Virus record (IMG/VR): IMGVR_UViG_3300017917_002434
Span: 62,001-126,000 of that record
Direction: 5' to 3' (one strand)
Length of the DNA stretch: 64,000 nt
Positions within the stretch are counted from its first letter, which is position 1. Each line of letters begins with the position of its first letter. The notes below the pieces were generated by a model. The model was not told where the DNA came from, ran no database searches, and saw only the letters and a list, made by a program, of their open reading frames with translations. Below are positions 1-9,862 of the stretch, piece by piece. The translations under genes and the position numbers were made by a program.

Positions 1-1
1 A

Positions 2-1036
2 GCCGGCAACACTCAAGGCTGGGCTAGAAAGTCCAACATTTATTATATGGAATTTAATTATCCCGGATGGAGTCAACCGCAGGGATGGGCACTATATCTA
101 TTTGATTTTGTTAGAGCGTGGCACAACAGTAAACCGATCAATCCGCTTACTGGTCGTAGAAACCCCACGGTCACAAACAATAGTTGGGGATATAGTTACG
201 GCGGCATATCGCTTCCAAGCATTAACGAAGTTACATATCGAGGTAACACAACTAATTTAGTTGGACAAACCAACGCAGCTAAAAGAGTTGTGTTAGAAAA
301 CAACGGTGTTCCGGTGCCAAATGGAACTTCTCTTTTTAGGACACCGGCAAGGGTTCCGGCGTTAGATGCTGATATCGCCGATGCTATTGATGACGGGATT
401 ATTGTTGTAGCTTCAGCAGGAAATAGTTATTGGTATGTTACCGACGATCCCGGACACCCGGATTACAATAATAGTGTTACACTTTCTAGCGGTCTTTTAT
501 ATCATTCTAATGGTTCTAGTCCGGGATCAGCTCCCGGAGCAATATGTGTGGGGGCATTAAGTACATCCACTCAAGAATATAAAACAAATTTTAGTAATTA
601 CGGTGACAGAATAGATATTTGGGCACCTGGACAAAACATAATATCAGCTGTTTTTAATTCTACAGCATCTAGTGAATTTGGTATTTCATTGGCGGACGAT
701 CCAAGAAACCCCACTTTTAAGCTAGGATCGATATCAGGAACTAGTATGTCGGGTCCTCAAGTAGCAGGAGTAATCGCCTGTATCATGAGTAGATATCCTA
801 ATTTTACTCCGCAGGATTTGTATGATTATCTAATCGCTAAATCTAAAACCGGTCAAATAGGAACTACTAGCGGAAATTACGGAGATTTTACTAATCTTAG
901 AGATAGTAAAAACAAATATCTGTATTTTCCAGTAGAAAGATCACAGCAAGGCTCGGCGTTTCCAGACACTAGTTACAATTTACGCCCGGCTACAGGAAAC
1001 GTATATCCTCGACTACGTATTAGAAGACGCGGATAA
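2..1036 (+). CDS. Subtilisin-like S8 serine protease, 5'-truncated by window
   Basis: Frame is open upstream of Met47 (AGNTQGWARKSNIYYM). Motifs NNSWG, ASAGN (oxyanion Asn), FSNYG, DIWAPG and catalytic-Ser GTSMSGPQVAG. Confidence 0.9.
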   Translation, partial: AGNTQGWARKSNIYYMEFNYPGWSQPQGWALYLFDFVRAWHNSKPINPLTGRRNPTVTNNSWGYSYGGISLPSINEVTYRGNTTNLVGQTNAAKRVVLENNGVPVPNGTSLFRTPARVPALDADIADAIDDGIIVVASAGNSYWYVTDDPGHPDYNNSVTLSSGLLYHSNGSSPGSAPGAICVGALSTSTQEYKTNFSNYGDRIDIWAPGQNIISAVFNSTASSEFGISLADDPRNPTFKLGSISGTSMSGPQVAGVIACIMSRYPNFTPQDLYDYLIAKSKTGQIGTTSGNYGDFTNLRDSKNKYLYFPVERSQQGSAFPDTSYNLRPATGNVYPRLRIRRRG

Positions 1037-1039
1037 ATA
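1032..1039 (+). promoter_or_regulatory. T4-like late promoter (GATAAATA)
   Basis: TAAATA core ~20 nt upstream of a structural gene; the motif recurs before other late-type genes. Confidence 0.55.
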
Positions 1040-1058
1040 TTAGATAGAAACAAAAATT

Positions 1059-1778
1059 ATGGCTATAGAAACAGTAAACATTGGAAATTTAGTAAACGAC
1101 GGCCTCGGGGACGATCTACGCACGGCGTTTCAAAAGGTTAATAACAGCCTACAATCGTTAAACAACGAACTTGTATTAACGGGCCGAAACTTGGGCGACG
1201 GTGCTAATTTGTTTAAAAGAAAAGCAAATGCGTTAGGTACCGAAACTATAGTTCCAGAATCCGATGCTGATCGATTAGAATTTAGATCTATAAAAGGATC
1301 AGCAAATATTATAGTAACTGAGAACGCTAATGATATTACGATCGCTACTCCTTTACAAAATGTTTTTACTAAGATTTCTGTTCCCGAAGCTAGTGTAATT
1401 ATTGGAGCCGATACTGCTGATACAACATTAACTTTAGTAGGCGGAGTTAACACCAACTTAAACGTTAACGGAAAAACAATAACAATTAATACCGATCCTG
1501 TAGGAAATATTTTGTTACAGAATCTAGATTTAAACACAAACAATATTATCGGTACTGGTAATATAACAATTAACGGAAACATTACTGCTAACAATTTTAA
1601 TGGAGATCTTTGGGGCTACGATGGTTTTGAATCGGTGAGTGCTTTGTATTCTTTTGATTTTGGAACTTATACAAATATATTCAACAATGCTCTACAATTT
1701 CTTGTTTCCAACAGTGATTTTGATATGGGAACGATAGTAGTCCCAACTGATCTAGAAATAGATCTCGGAACGTTTTAA
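1059..1778 (+). CDS. Baseplate protein with T4 gp9/gp10-like N-terminus
   Basis: N-terminal INIG..NDG.GD.LR.AF.KVN motif. Confidence 0.7.
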   Translation: MAIETVNIGNLVNDGLGDDLRTAFQKVNNSLQSLNNELVLTGRNLGDGANLFKRKANALGTETIVPESDADRLEFRSIKGSANIIVTENANDITIATPLQNVFTKISVPEASVIIGADTADTTLTLVGGVNTNLNVNGKTITINTDPVGNILLQNLDLNTNNIIGTGNITINGNITANNFNGDLWGYDGFESVSALYSFDFGTYTNIFNNALQFLVSNSDFDMGTIVVPTDLEIDLGTF

Positions 1779-1791
1779 CGGAGAATTATAA

Positions 1792-3162
1792 ATGGCTCTA
1801 AGATTAAAAAGAGGAACCACAGCTGAAAGATTAACCTATACTCCACTCAATGGAGAATTGGTCTATGACACGGATCAGAAAGCGATCTATATAGGAGACG
1901 GAGCCGTAGTCGGCGGAAAACTATTAGCCAGCGGTGGAACGATTATTGACGATATCATCCTTAACGGGAATGATATTACAGGCACAGGTAATATAGATAT
2001 AACTGGTGACATCGACGTAACTGGAAACATTCATGCTACAGGAAACATCACATCCGACGGAGCTATTACACTAGGCAATAATGATGCTGACTCTGTTGAT
2101 TTCAAAGCTGAGATTATTTCTAATTTAGTACCCGACACTAATAATACATACGATTTAGGAACTACTTCAAAGAAATGGAATACGGTTCATGCTAATGTAG
2201 TCAATGCTACAACTGTAAATGCCAATACCTCAGGTTATCACACTGGCGATGTCACAGGTTCAGTGTTCGCCGGTGATTCTACATTATTAGTAGATGCTAC
2301 TTCTGGTAGAATCGTAGGACCAGTGTTTGCTAATGTTACAGGAAACACTACAGGTACACATACTGGCAACGTGATAGGTAACGTGCTAGGAGATATCAAC
2401 GGAAATCTCAATGGAGTTGTTACAGGATCATTCATCGGAGCTGTACAGACTCCCAGCGGAGATGTTCTGTTCGACACTAGATTAAGCGGAGATATTACTA
2501 TTCCTGCTAATATTGTAGGAGATCTATACGGATCAGTATTTGCCAGCGACTCTACCGTGTTGATTAACAGCAATGATGCTATAATTAATACTGACGGAAC
2601 TGTAATTGAAGTTATTCCATCAGCAAACGGACTATATAGATTAGGTACTAGAGAAGCTAGATTCACTAGAGGTTATTTCACAGAAGGGTTAAATCTAGAA
2701 GATAAACATCTTAGATTAGAAAATAATAGAATCTCATCATGGGGTGGAGTTAGACATAACGTAGAAGTCGTCACAACATTAAGTGCTGATATCCCAGATG
2801 GTGTTCCTACTACCAACTTTACCATTACGGCTGCTTCCGGAATTAAAAACGGAGCTAAGTTTTATCTAAACGGAACTTCCGAGCTTGAAGTTCAAAATAT
2901 TGTTGGCAATACCGTAACTACTACAGGCCAATTTACTCCTTCGGGAAACCTTAATGGTCAGACTGTGAGATTTTACAACTCGTCAACTGACACACCCGGA
3001 GTAACATTTAGAGATGTTGTTCCTGCTACTTCCAAAGGACTGAACGGAGATAGACCCGGAATGGTATTTGCCAATTCTAACTATATCTATTTCTGCGTAG
3101 CACCATGGGATGGCACTAGCGATATCTGGGTAAGACTTCCTGTTATTTTAGCTACATTCTAA
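1792..3162 (+). CDS. Tail fibre/spike protein with Mtd_N-like N-terminal domain
   Basis: LRLKRGT...TPLNGELVYDTD..IYIGDG N-terminus; G-N/D-V-x-G fibre repeats. Confidence 0.7.
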   Translation: MALRLKRGTTAERLTYTPLNGELVYDTDQKAIYIGDGAVVGGKLLASGGTIIDDIILNGNDITGTGNIDITGDIDVTGNIHATGNITSDGAITLGNNDADSVDFKAEIISNLVPDTNNTYDLGTTSKKWNTVHANVVNATTVNANTSGYHTGDVTGSVFAGDSTLLVDATSGRIVGPVFANVTGNTTGTHTGNVIGNVLGDINGNLNGVVTGSFIGAVQTPSGDVLFDTRLSGDITIPANIVGDLYGSVFASDSTVLINSNDAIINTDGTVIEVIPSANGLYRLGTREARFTRGYFTEGLNLEDKHLRLENNRISSWGGVRHNVEVVTTLSADIPDGVPTTNFTITAASGIKNGAKFYLNGTSELEVQNIVGNTVTTTGQFTPSGNLNGQTVRFYNSSTDTPGVTFRDVVPATSKGLNGDRPGMVFANSNYIYFCVAPWDGTSDIWVRLPVILATF

Positions 3163-3172
3163 GGAATCATGG

Positions 3173-5923
3173 ATGGCACTGTCTTGGATAACACCCCCTG
3201 GATCTCTAGGGAGCATAAATGAAAGAGACAGGCAAGAAATAACTTTACTTGCTACGTCTACTCAAGGTCCAGTGACCTTTTCTTTACAGGCAGGATCATT
3301 GCCACGGGGCCTAAGATTAGAAGAAAACAAAATCTTAGGCACGCCTTTCGAAGTTTCAAAACCTACTACAACTAGATTTGTTATAAGAGCATTTGACGGC
3401 TCTGAAAAGAAAGATAGAACTTTCAGTATTTCTGTAGGCGGATATGACGAACCTAAATGGGTAACAACCGAAGGTCTTTTACCTGTAGGTCCTAATTCAA
3501 CATTCTTTGTCTTAGACAACGATAAGGTCGATTTTCAGTTAATGGCGATGGATCCGGATATGCCGGCTGGGGATACGATAGAGTATTATATTCCTTACAA
3601 CGGTGGTGAACTTCCGCCAGGGCTTACTCTTTCTAGATCAGGTCGAATCACAGGTTTCACTGATCCTATCTTTGCCTTAGAATATAAAATATACAGCGGT
3701 AATTATGATCTCAACTTGTTTGATTCAGAGCCTTACGATTTAGGTACTAGACCGATTAACGGTTTTGACAGTTTCTCGTTTGACGAAAGAACTTTTGATT
3801 ATTTTGACGAAACAGGATTCCCAAGACGGTTGACTAGGTATTATCAGTTTACTGTTGTTGCTACGGACGGGTTATTTGAGGATCGCCGAACATTCCAAAT
3901 TTATGTAGTCAGCGAAGATTTTTTAAGATCTGATAACACAATAATGCAGGTTGGCACAGGTATATTCCGTGCGGATAACACCTATGTTAGACAGCCGATA
4001 TGGATCACTGAACCAGATCTAGGACAACGACGTGCTAACAACTATGTTACAATATACCTCGATGTTTTCGATCCCCCATCGATGCCTGGATATATTTCAT
4101 ATAGGTTTGAAATAATCAATCCAGAATTTAGCGGTAAAACCGTAAGAATTTTTAAAGACGAATCTGATTATATCGAAGTCGATATGATACCTGATATAAA
4201 AGGTGTTACAGGCCTCCCAAGAAAAAATCAAAAATTCAGTGTTGCCAATGTTTACAATTTCTTAGACAGTACACTGGGCACTTACACGATTCTCAATGTA
4301 GAGAAAATTGATGGGTATACTGATCGTTACGGAATAACATTTAATCCTAGCCTAGGCGAACGTGTTATACAAAATGCTGAAATTATATTCGGCAACGACA
4401 GTGCATTACCGCCCGGACTTGATCTAGACACGATCACTGGAGAGCTAGTAGGTAGTCTTCCATACCAGCCGAGAATTACTAAAGATTACAAATTTACTGT
4501 TAGTGCTGTTAATACCTACGACAACGGTGTATCAGCATCAACTCCTCGTACATTCAGTTTACGAGTATTAGGAGAAATAGAAAGCGGCATCGTTTGGATC
4601 TCTGACAGAGATTTAGGTTCTATTAGTCCTAACAAAGATAGTATGATATTTGTTGAAGCGTTGTCTAAACTAAATGGCGGAAACGTATTTTATCAATTGA
4701 GATCCGGTCAATTACCACCAGGACTGAGATTATTACCATCAGGAGAAATATACGGTAAAGTAAATCAGATAGGAACTTCTTCGTTATCGGGCATTACTAG
4801 ATTTTACAACAACTTTATTTTAGTTACTGGAATAACAGGTACCTTTACAATTGGTAGTGTTATTACTGGTTCAAATAGTCAGAATACCGCAAAAGTTATT
4901 GCGGTAGATTCTGACAAGATTTTTTATAAAGATTTATCAGGCAACTTTATAGTAGGTGATGTTATAACAGCCACAGGTGCTAGTGCTACATTTGTTAGTC
5001 ACAATAAGGATTTTACATCTACCACATACGATAGTAACCTAACATCCTTTGATAGAGTTTATACCTTTGTTATAGAAGCTAGAGATATATTAAACTATAC
5101 TGAAAGTGCTAAAACTTTTCAAATCACTGTACAGACACAGGCCGACATAGTTTACAGTAATCTCTATTTCAAAGCATATCAGAAAAAATCAAAGAGAGAA
5201 TTGTGGAATAATTTTATTTCTGACTTTTCAATCTTTACTCCTGAAAAAATATATAGATATGGTGATCCGGCTTTTGGTGTACAAGACGAAATAAAAATGT
5301 TGATGTTTGCGGGAATAGAAAGTAATAATGCCGAAACATTCATCCAAGCACTGAGTCGAAATCATTATTTTAAAAGGTTAAATTTTGGTTCTATCAAAAA
5401 AGCTGTAGCCAAAGATACAGCTACGCAATCAGTAATGTACGAAATCATATATGTGGAGATCGTCGATCCTTTAATTAAAAAGGGCAAAAGTATCTCGAAC
5501 GTAGTTACATTATCCGATAATATAAACAGTAGATTTCTAGTAAACAATACTAAAATCAATGTCAGTAGTGATATACCGTTAGCCAGCGATAGAGATCATC
5601 AACGTGTATTTCCAAACTCAATTAAAAACATGCGTAAACGAATTAAACAAACTGGAATACGAGATCGATCATATCTACCTCTATGGATGAGAAGCATCCA
5701 AGAGGATCAATTCGCAGAGCCGGGATTTGTCAGTGCGATGCCGCTGTGTTTTGCCAAACCTGGGCAAGCTGACGATATAATATTGAATATCCAGAAAAGC
5801 GGGTTTGATTTTAAAGTATTAGATTTTGAAGTAGATAGATATATCATAGATGCTTTAGATAGAGAAATCGAGGATAAATATCTCGCATTTCCAACATTTG
5901 AAGCGGACAAATTTAGACAATAA
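3173..5923 (+). CDS. Large baseplate/virion protein with putative Ig-like repeats
   Basis: Repeated G.LP.GL.L...G.I.G motifs; 916 aa; structural neighbourhood. Confidence 0.65.
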   Translation: MALSWITPPGSLGSINERDRQEITLLATSTQGPVTFSLQAGSLPRGLRLEENKILGTPFEVSKPTTTRFVIRAFDGSEKKDRTFSISVGGYDEPKWVTTEGLLPVGPNSTFFVLDNDKVDFQLMAMDPDMPAGDTIEYYIPYNGGELPPGLTLSRSGRITGFTDPIFALEYKIYSGNYDLNLFDSEPYDLGTRPINGFDSFSFDERTFDYFDETGFPRRLTRYYQFTVVATDGLFEDRRTFQIYVVSEDFLRSDNTIMQVGTGIFRADNTYVRQPIWITEPDLGQRRANNYVTIYLDVFDPPSMPGYISYRFEIINPEFSGKTVRIFKDESDYIEVDMIPDIKGVTGLPRKNQKFSVANVYNFLDSTLGTYTILNVEKIDGYTDRYGITFNPSLGERVIQNAEIIFGNDSALPPGLDLDTITGELVGSLPYQPRITKDYKFTVSAVNTYDNGVSASTPRTFSLRVLGEIESGIVWISDRDLGSISPNKDSMIFVEALSKLNGGNVFYQLRSGQLPPGLRLLPSGEIYGKVNQIGTSSLSGITRFYNNFILVTGITGTFTIGSVITGSNSQNTAKVIAVDSDKIFYKDLSGNFIVGDVITATGASATFVSHNKDFTSTTYDSNLTSFDRVYTFVIEARDILNYTESAKTFQITVQTQADIVYSNLYFKAYQKKSKRELWNNFISDFSIFTPEKIYRYGDPAFGVQDEIKMLMFAGIESNNAETFIQALSRNHYFKRLNFGSIKKAVAKDTATQSVMYEIIYVEIVDPLIKKGKSISNVVTLSDNINSRFLVNNTKINVSSDIPLASDRDHQRVFPNSIKNMRKRIKQTGIRDRSYLPLWMRSIQEDQFAEPGFVSAMPLCFAKPGQADDIILNIQKSGFDFKVLDFEVDRYIIDALDREIEDKYLAFPTFEADKFRQ

Positions 5924-5947
5924 ATACCTATAAGGTGGAGATAAAAG

Positions 5948-6538
5948 ATGCCAACAAACAGTAATATTAACGCAACAGCTATTGATGAAGCATATCCTGT
6001 TGCCGGTGTAGACAACGATACACAGGGTTTCAGAGACAATTTCTCTTATATTAAAACTGCGTTAAACGTTGCTAAAACAGAAATCACAGAACTTCTAAAT
6101 TTTACAGCCCGTCTGGATCGTGATAACAGCTACAATAACAAATTCTTATCAAATGCTGTTTTCAAACAGAACCAGCATAGCCTAAACAACTACGGTACTG
6201 GATCAGGTGTTGGTAATAGGATAGATATTAATTTTGGTAATGCTGATTATCAGGTTTATAGATTAGATGACGATGTAACATTTGAGTTCGAGGGCTTTTC
6301 GAATGATAACGTTAATAAAGTCACTATAGAATTACTATCCGATGGTGGAACCTATAATGTTTCATTTTTTACAGACGGTGCCTATCCTATTAAGAAAAGC
6401 AGTAATTTTCCAACATCGTTAACTGTATCCAGCACATCAAACCCAATCCTGATAGAAGTTATTACTAGGGCCAAGAGTCAAGATCCTGGATCATTAGGTA
6501 GAACTGTATTCCTTAACTATCTAGGACAATTTGTATAA
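5948..6538 (+). CDS. Putative virion structural protein
   Basis: Preceded by AATAAATA (5919-5926) and GGAG; YPVAGVDNDTQGFRDNF N-terminus; structural context. Confidence 0.5.
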   Translation: MPTNSNINATAIDEAYPVAGVDNDTQGFRDNFSYIKTALNVAKTEITELLNFTARLDRDNSYNNKFLSNAVFKQNQHSLNNYGTGSGVGNRIDINFGNADYQVYRLDDDVTFEFEGFSNDNVNKVTIELLSDGGTYNVSFFTDGAYPIKKSSNFPTSLTVSSTSNPILIEVITRAKSQDPGSLGRTVFLNYLGQFV

Positions 6539-6780
6539 TGTTTCATCCGCTTGAAGGTGATCTTAGTAAACTAAAAGATTCCGAAGTGGAATCTAAACTT
6601 CAAGAACTGACTAGAAAATACTATCAAGCATCTCGTTTAGGCAATCGAGAGCTATTGACACAACTGTCAACATTTGTTACAATATATAGAGAAGAAATGC
6701 GTAGCCGACAAGCCAAAGCATTATCTATAAACAATAATGTAACGAACGAAGACTTGGGTCAATTTATTAATGTCGATTAA
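6538..6780 (+). CDS. Hypothetical protein
   Basis: TAATG-coupled to the upstream gene. Confidence 0.6.
   Translation: MFHPLEGDLSKLKDSEVESKLQELTRKYYQASRLGNRELLTQLSTFVTIYREEMRSRQAKALSINNNVTNEDLGQFINVD
6655..6683 (+). promoter_or_regulatory. Sigma70-type promoter TTGACA-N17-TACAAT with palindromic -35
   Basis: TTGACA-caac-TGTCAA inverted repeat; lies at the structural/accessory boundary. Confidence 0.6.
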
Positions 6781-7243
6781 TACAAACGAAAATCTATTAC
6801 AAGGAATATTGAAACATGGTCCAAATATATTGGAGCATTGCCTTGTAGAAGAAAACAATCCAAATATCGAAAACTATATCCAAAGGATAAAGGAAGAAAA
6901 GCTCCTTTATCCTTTCCCGCTTACACAAGAACCTCAGGGTCGAAAATGGTTCATTCCTAAAGAGTACCGAGATTTTGATATCGAAGAATTTCTCTTAACC
7001 CAATGTCCTGAAGAAAATCTTGATAGGTTAGCGGAAGAATTAAAACTGTATAAAAAATACGACATGCTAGATCTTCTCAAAATGATGAAATATCTAGTAG
7101 ATAGCCTAAGAAAAAACAATATAGTATGGGGTGTAGGGCGAGGAAGTTCCGTTTCTAGCTACTGTTTATATCTAATAGGCATACATAAGATAGACAGCGT
7201 TAAATACAGATTACCAATATCTGACTTCTTTAAAGGAGAGTAA
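6770..7243 (+). CDS. Stand-alone fragment of DNA polymerase III alpha (DnaE palm region)
   Basis: RL.EEL...GVGRGSSVSSYCLYLIGIHKID..KY.L matches DnaE GPGRGS.AGSLVAY.LGIT..DP. Confidence 0.8.
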   Translation: MSINTNENLLQGILKHGPNILEHCLVEENNPNIENYIQRIKEEKLLYPFPLTQEPQGRKWFIPKEYRDFDIEEFLLTQCPEENLDRLAEELKLYKKYDMLDLLKMMKYLVDSLRKNNIVWGVGRGSSVSSYCLYLIGIHKIDSVKYRLPISDFFKGE

Positions 7244-7244
7244 A

Positions 7245-7466
7245 ATGGGAAAAACTTATAGAACTATGCAGGGCAAAGAAATCGACATGGAAAAACTTGC
7301 TCTATTAAACGAACTAACTCCAGCAGTAGGAAATGCTAGAGTAAACGCCAGAGGCGACGAACTAGGTCCCGGTGGCCAAATCATCAGAAAGCGTGAAGAC
7401 ATCGTTTCGGATTATTACGAAAAAAATCCTAAGAGTGTAAAATCGGAAAAGAAAGCTCAGGAATAA
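7245..7466 (+). CDS. Hypothetical protein
   Basis: Strong AGGAG ribosome-binding site; 73 aa. Confidence 0.65.
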   Translation: MGKTYRTMQGKEIDMEKLALLNELTPAVGNARVNARGDELGPGGQIIRKREDIVSDYYEKNPKSVKSEKKAQE

Positions 7467-7467
7467 C

Positions 7468-7827
7468 ATGGCTGCGTACGAACCTAAAAAAATACAAATC
7501 AAAGCTATCCGAGATAATGTTCTTGTCACTGACATGGATTTCGGAGAACAAAAAACTAGCTCTGGTATTATTTTAAAATCCGACGACGGTAAAGTACACG
7601 GCATCAAACCTCGTTGGGGCAAGGTTTACAAAATTGGGCCTGAGCAGACAGATGTAAAAGAAGGGCAGTGGGTCTTAATCGAGCACGGAAGATGGACCAG
7701 AGGCATGGAAATAGATGATGGCAACGGTAAAAAAACTATCCGTAAAGTCGATGTTAATGCCATGTTAGCAATCTCCAACGAGCCCCCAACATCTGAAGAT
7801 CTTTATATACCACCAGTAAATTCGTAA
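7468..7827 (+). CDS. groES: GroES/Cpn10-like co-chaperonin
   Basis: IRDNVLV, mobile loop EQKTSSGIIL, G.V..IGP, VKEGQ.V. Confidence 0.8.
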   Translation: MAAYEPKKIQIKAIRDNVLVTDMDFGEQKTSSGIILKSDDGKVHGIKPRWGKVYKIGPEQTDVKEGQWVLIEHGRWTRGMEIDDGNGKKTIRKVDVNAMLAISNEPPTSEDLYIPPVNS

Positions 7828-8072
7828 TGGGCTTTAGGAAAAGTTGGGATGCTGCTGATATCGCTAATCAGCTACATTCTCTCTCTAGAGAATGTTCTAG
7901 TGCCTATAACGATGGCTTCACAGCGTTTGAATGTAAAAAAGATCTTTATTTGATAAAACATTTAGTAGATGCTGCTCTAGCAGACGCACCTAATTTCGGT
8001 GTTATAGAAGAACGATGGCTCGAAGAACAAGAGAAGAAAAAAGTAATTAAATTTCTTAAGGAAAAACCATGA
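7827..8072 (+). CDS. Hypothetical protein
   Basis: Translationally coupled on both sides. Confidence 0.6.
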   Translation: MGFRKSWDAADIANQLHSLSRECSSAYNDGFTAFECKKDLYLIKHLVDAALADAPNFGVIEERWLEEQEKKKVIKFLKEKP

Positions 8073-8464
8073 CCAACCCATTTAGAGATCAAGAAAAATT
8101 TATGCGGGCTTGCGATCAAAGTACTGACATAGAAAACTATGATCAATACAAAATGTACCTGAGTCTGATAAAAGAAGAATATAACGAGCTTCTAGTTGCT
8201 CAGGGCATTGATCTAACAACTATGGAACAGGTCAATCCTGCGGATCCTGTAGAAGTTCTAGATGCTTTGATAGATATTCTTGTTGTAACTATTGGTGCTA
8301 TCCATAGCATGGGTGCTGATGGAGAAGGTGCTTGGAAAGAAGTCATGCGTACCAACTTTGCTAAAATCGACAAAGATACCGGCAAGGTTCGTAAGCGTGA
8401 AGATGGCAAAGTACTCAAACCCGTAGGTTGGAATCCACCGGATCTTAAACCCTTTGTTAAATGA
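8069..8464 (+). CDS. MazG-like/PRA-PH-type all-alpha NTP pyrophosphatase
   Basis: LIKEEYNEL...LDALIDIL, EV..TN.AK, REDGKVLKP.GW.PPDL. Confidence 0.8.
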   Translation: MTNPFRDQEKFMRACDQSTDIENYDQYKMYLSLIKEEYNELLVAQGIDLTTMEQVNPADPVEVLDALIDILVVTIGAIHSMGADGEGAWKEVMRTNFAKIDKDTGKVRKREDGKVLKPVGWNPPDLKPFVK

Positions 8465-9219
8465 AACGATCATTACTGATAGTAATATCAGTACTGGTGA
8501 TATCAAAGGCTCATGCTAGAAATGAGCCTTCTCATTTAGTCCTCGATATTAGCAAAAAGGAAACAATATCTTCTGCTTACGAAGATAAACTCCGTCCTAT
8601 TGCTTCTATTACCAAATTAATGACTGCCCTAATTGTTGTAGAATCAAAGTTAGAAATGTCAGAAGAAGTCGCTTATAAAGGCGGAATATGGCGACACAAA
8701 AAAGTAAAGAGATCAGACCTATTAGAATCCTTGTTGATTAAAAGTGATAATCAAGCCGCTGAAGCTTTGGCGAATTCTTATCCGGGAGGCAGAGAAGCTT
8801 TTATAACAACTATGAATTCCAGAGCTAGATCGTTAGGCATGCTCAATACTAGTTTCGAAGATCCTAGCGGTCTCGGTAGATACAATATCAGTACAGCTAG
8901 AGATTTAACTTTGCTAGTTTCTAAAACTTATCAACATCCAGAAATCAGTAGTACATCATCATCCAAATTTTTTAAAGTAGAAATTAAAAATAAGAAAAAA
9001 ATTACATACATGACTGTTGGAAATACCAATAGCCATCTATTGAGCCTTTTTGATAATATTACTTTGAGTAAAACCGGCTATACGGATCCAGCAGGTCGCT
9101 GTTTGGCATTAATAGTTGAGAAAAATAATAACAAGTATGCTATAATAATACTAGGAGAAAGAACGTCTGGTGATAGATTTTATCGTGCCAGAAACTTGAT
9201 TAATATGGTGTCAGAATGA
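8461..9219 (+). CDS. D-Ala-D-Ala peptidase, family S11 (PBP7/PbpG-like), with signal peptide
   Basis: SxxK (ASITKLMT), SxN (SDN) and KTG motifs; hydrophobic N-terminus. Confidence 0.88.
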   Translation: MKRSLLIVISVLVISKAHARNEPSHLVLDISKKETISSAYEDKLRPIASITKLMTALIVVESKLEMSEEVAYKGGIWRHKKVKRSDLLESLLIKSDNQAAEALANSYPGGREAFITTMNSRARSLGMLNTSFEDPSGLGRYNISTARDLTLLVSKTYQHPEISSTSSSKFFKVEIKNKKKITYMTVGNTNSHLLSLFDNITLSKTGYTDPAGRCLALIVEKNNNKYAIIILGERTSGDRFYRARNLINMVSE

Positions 9220-9650
9220 AAATTGGTTTTACTTGCTCAACCTTCGACTTGTTTCACGCAGGGCATATTATAATGCTCAAGGAAGCTAAATCACAATGTG
9301 ATTACCTTATAGTAGGGTTACAGACAGATCCTACTATCGACCGACCCGTGGAGAAAAATAAACCAGTTCAAAGTATATTTGAACGATTTGTCCAATTACA
9401 GGCCTGTAAGTATGTAGATGAAATCGTAGTCTATGCTACAGAAAAAGAGTTAGTTGACATCTTGCTTTCTTATCCTATTGATGTTAGAATATTAGGTAAT
9501 GAGTACGAGAATAAATCGTTTACTGGTAGAGCAGAATGTGTAGACAAAGGTATCAAATTCTATTTCAATAATAGAGCACACAGTTTTTCTACTACTGAGT
9601 TAAGACAACGTGTTATCGAGGCAGAAGCAGAAAAGGTATTGAGATTATGA
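9216..9650 (+). CDS. Cytidylyltransferase (TagD/glycerol-3-phosphate CT-like)
   Basis: FDLFHAGH (HxGH) and the C-terminal R..SFSTT motif. Confidence 0.85.
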   Translation: MKIGFTCSTFDLFHAGHIIMLKEAKSQCDYLIVGLQTDPTIDRPVEKNKPVQSIFERFVQLQACKYVDEIVVYATEKELVDILLSYPIDVRILGNEYENKSFTGRAECVDKGIKFYFNNRAHSFSTTELRQRVIEAEAEKVLRL

Positions 9651-9862
9651 GCATGGATCAGGCGGCTATTTTTTTAGCCAGTAGTGTATTAGTGATGCTA
9701 GGATTTACTGTGATAGTTATCGGGTGTGTAACTATCAATAATATTATTCACAAATACTGGAAAAATCTTGGATGGAGAATTTTTCCGTCGCATTGGGACG
9801 AACATTCACCCAGATTCGCAGAGCCTCATGAATTAAATCAAATTAACAAGGATAAAAAATGA
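9647..9862 (+). CDS. Small membrane protein
   Basis: One long hydrophobic segment; coupled to neighbours. Confidence 0.55.
   Translation: MSMDQAAIFLASSVLVMLGFTVIVIGCVTINNIIHKYWKNLGWRIFPSHWDEHSPRFAEPHELNQINKDKK

Noticed and set aside
1792-3162. Diversity-generating retroelement suggested by the Mtd-like N-terminus
   Set aside because: No reverse transcriptase and no template/variable repeat pair were seen in the window; the domain is a common fibre anchor.
6770-7466. Split intein or programmed frameshift restoring full DnaE
   Set aside because: There is no intein-like N-terminal junction at the ORF end, and the downstream ORF has its own RBS and no DnaE motifs.
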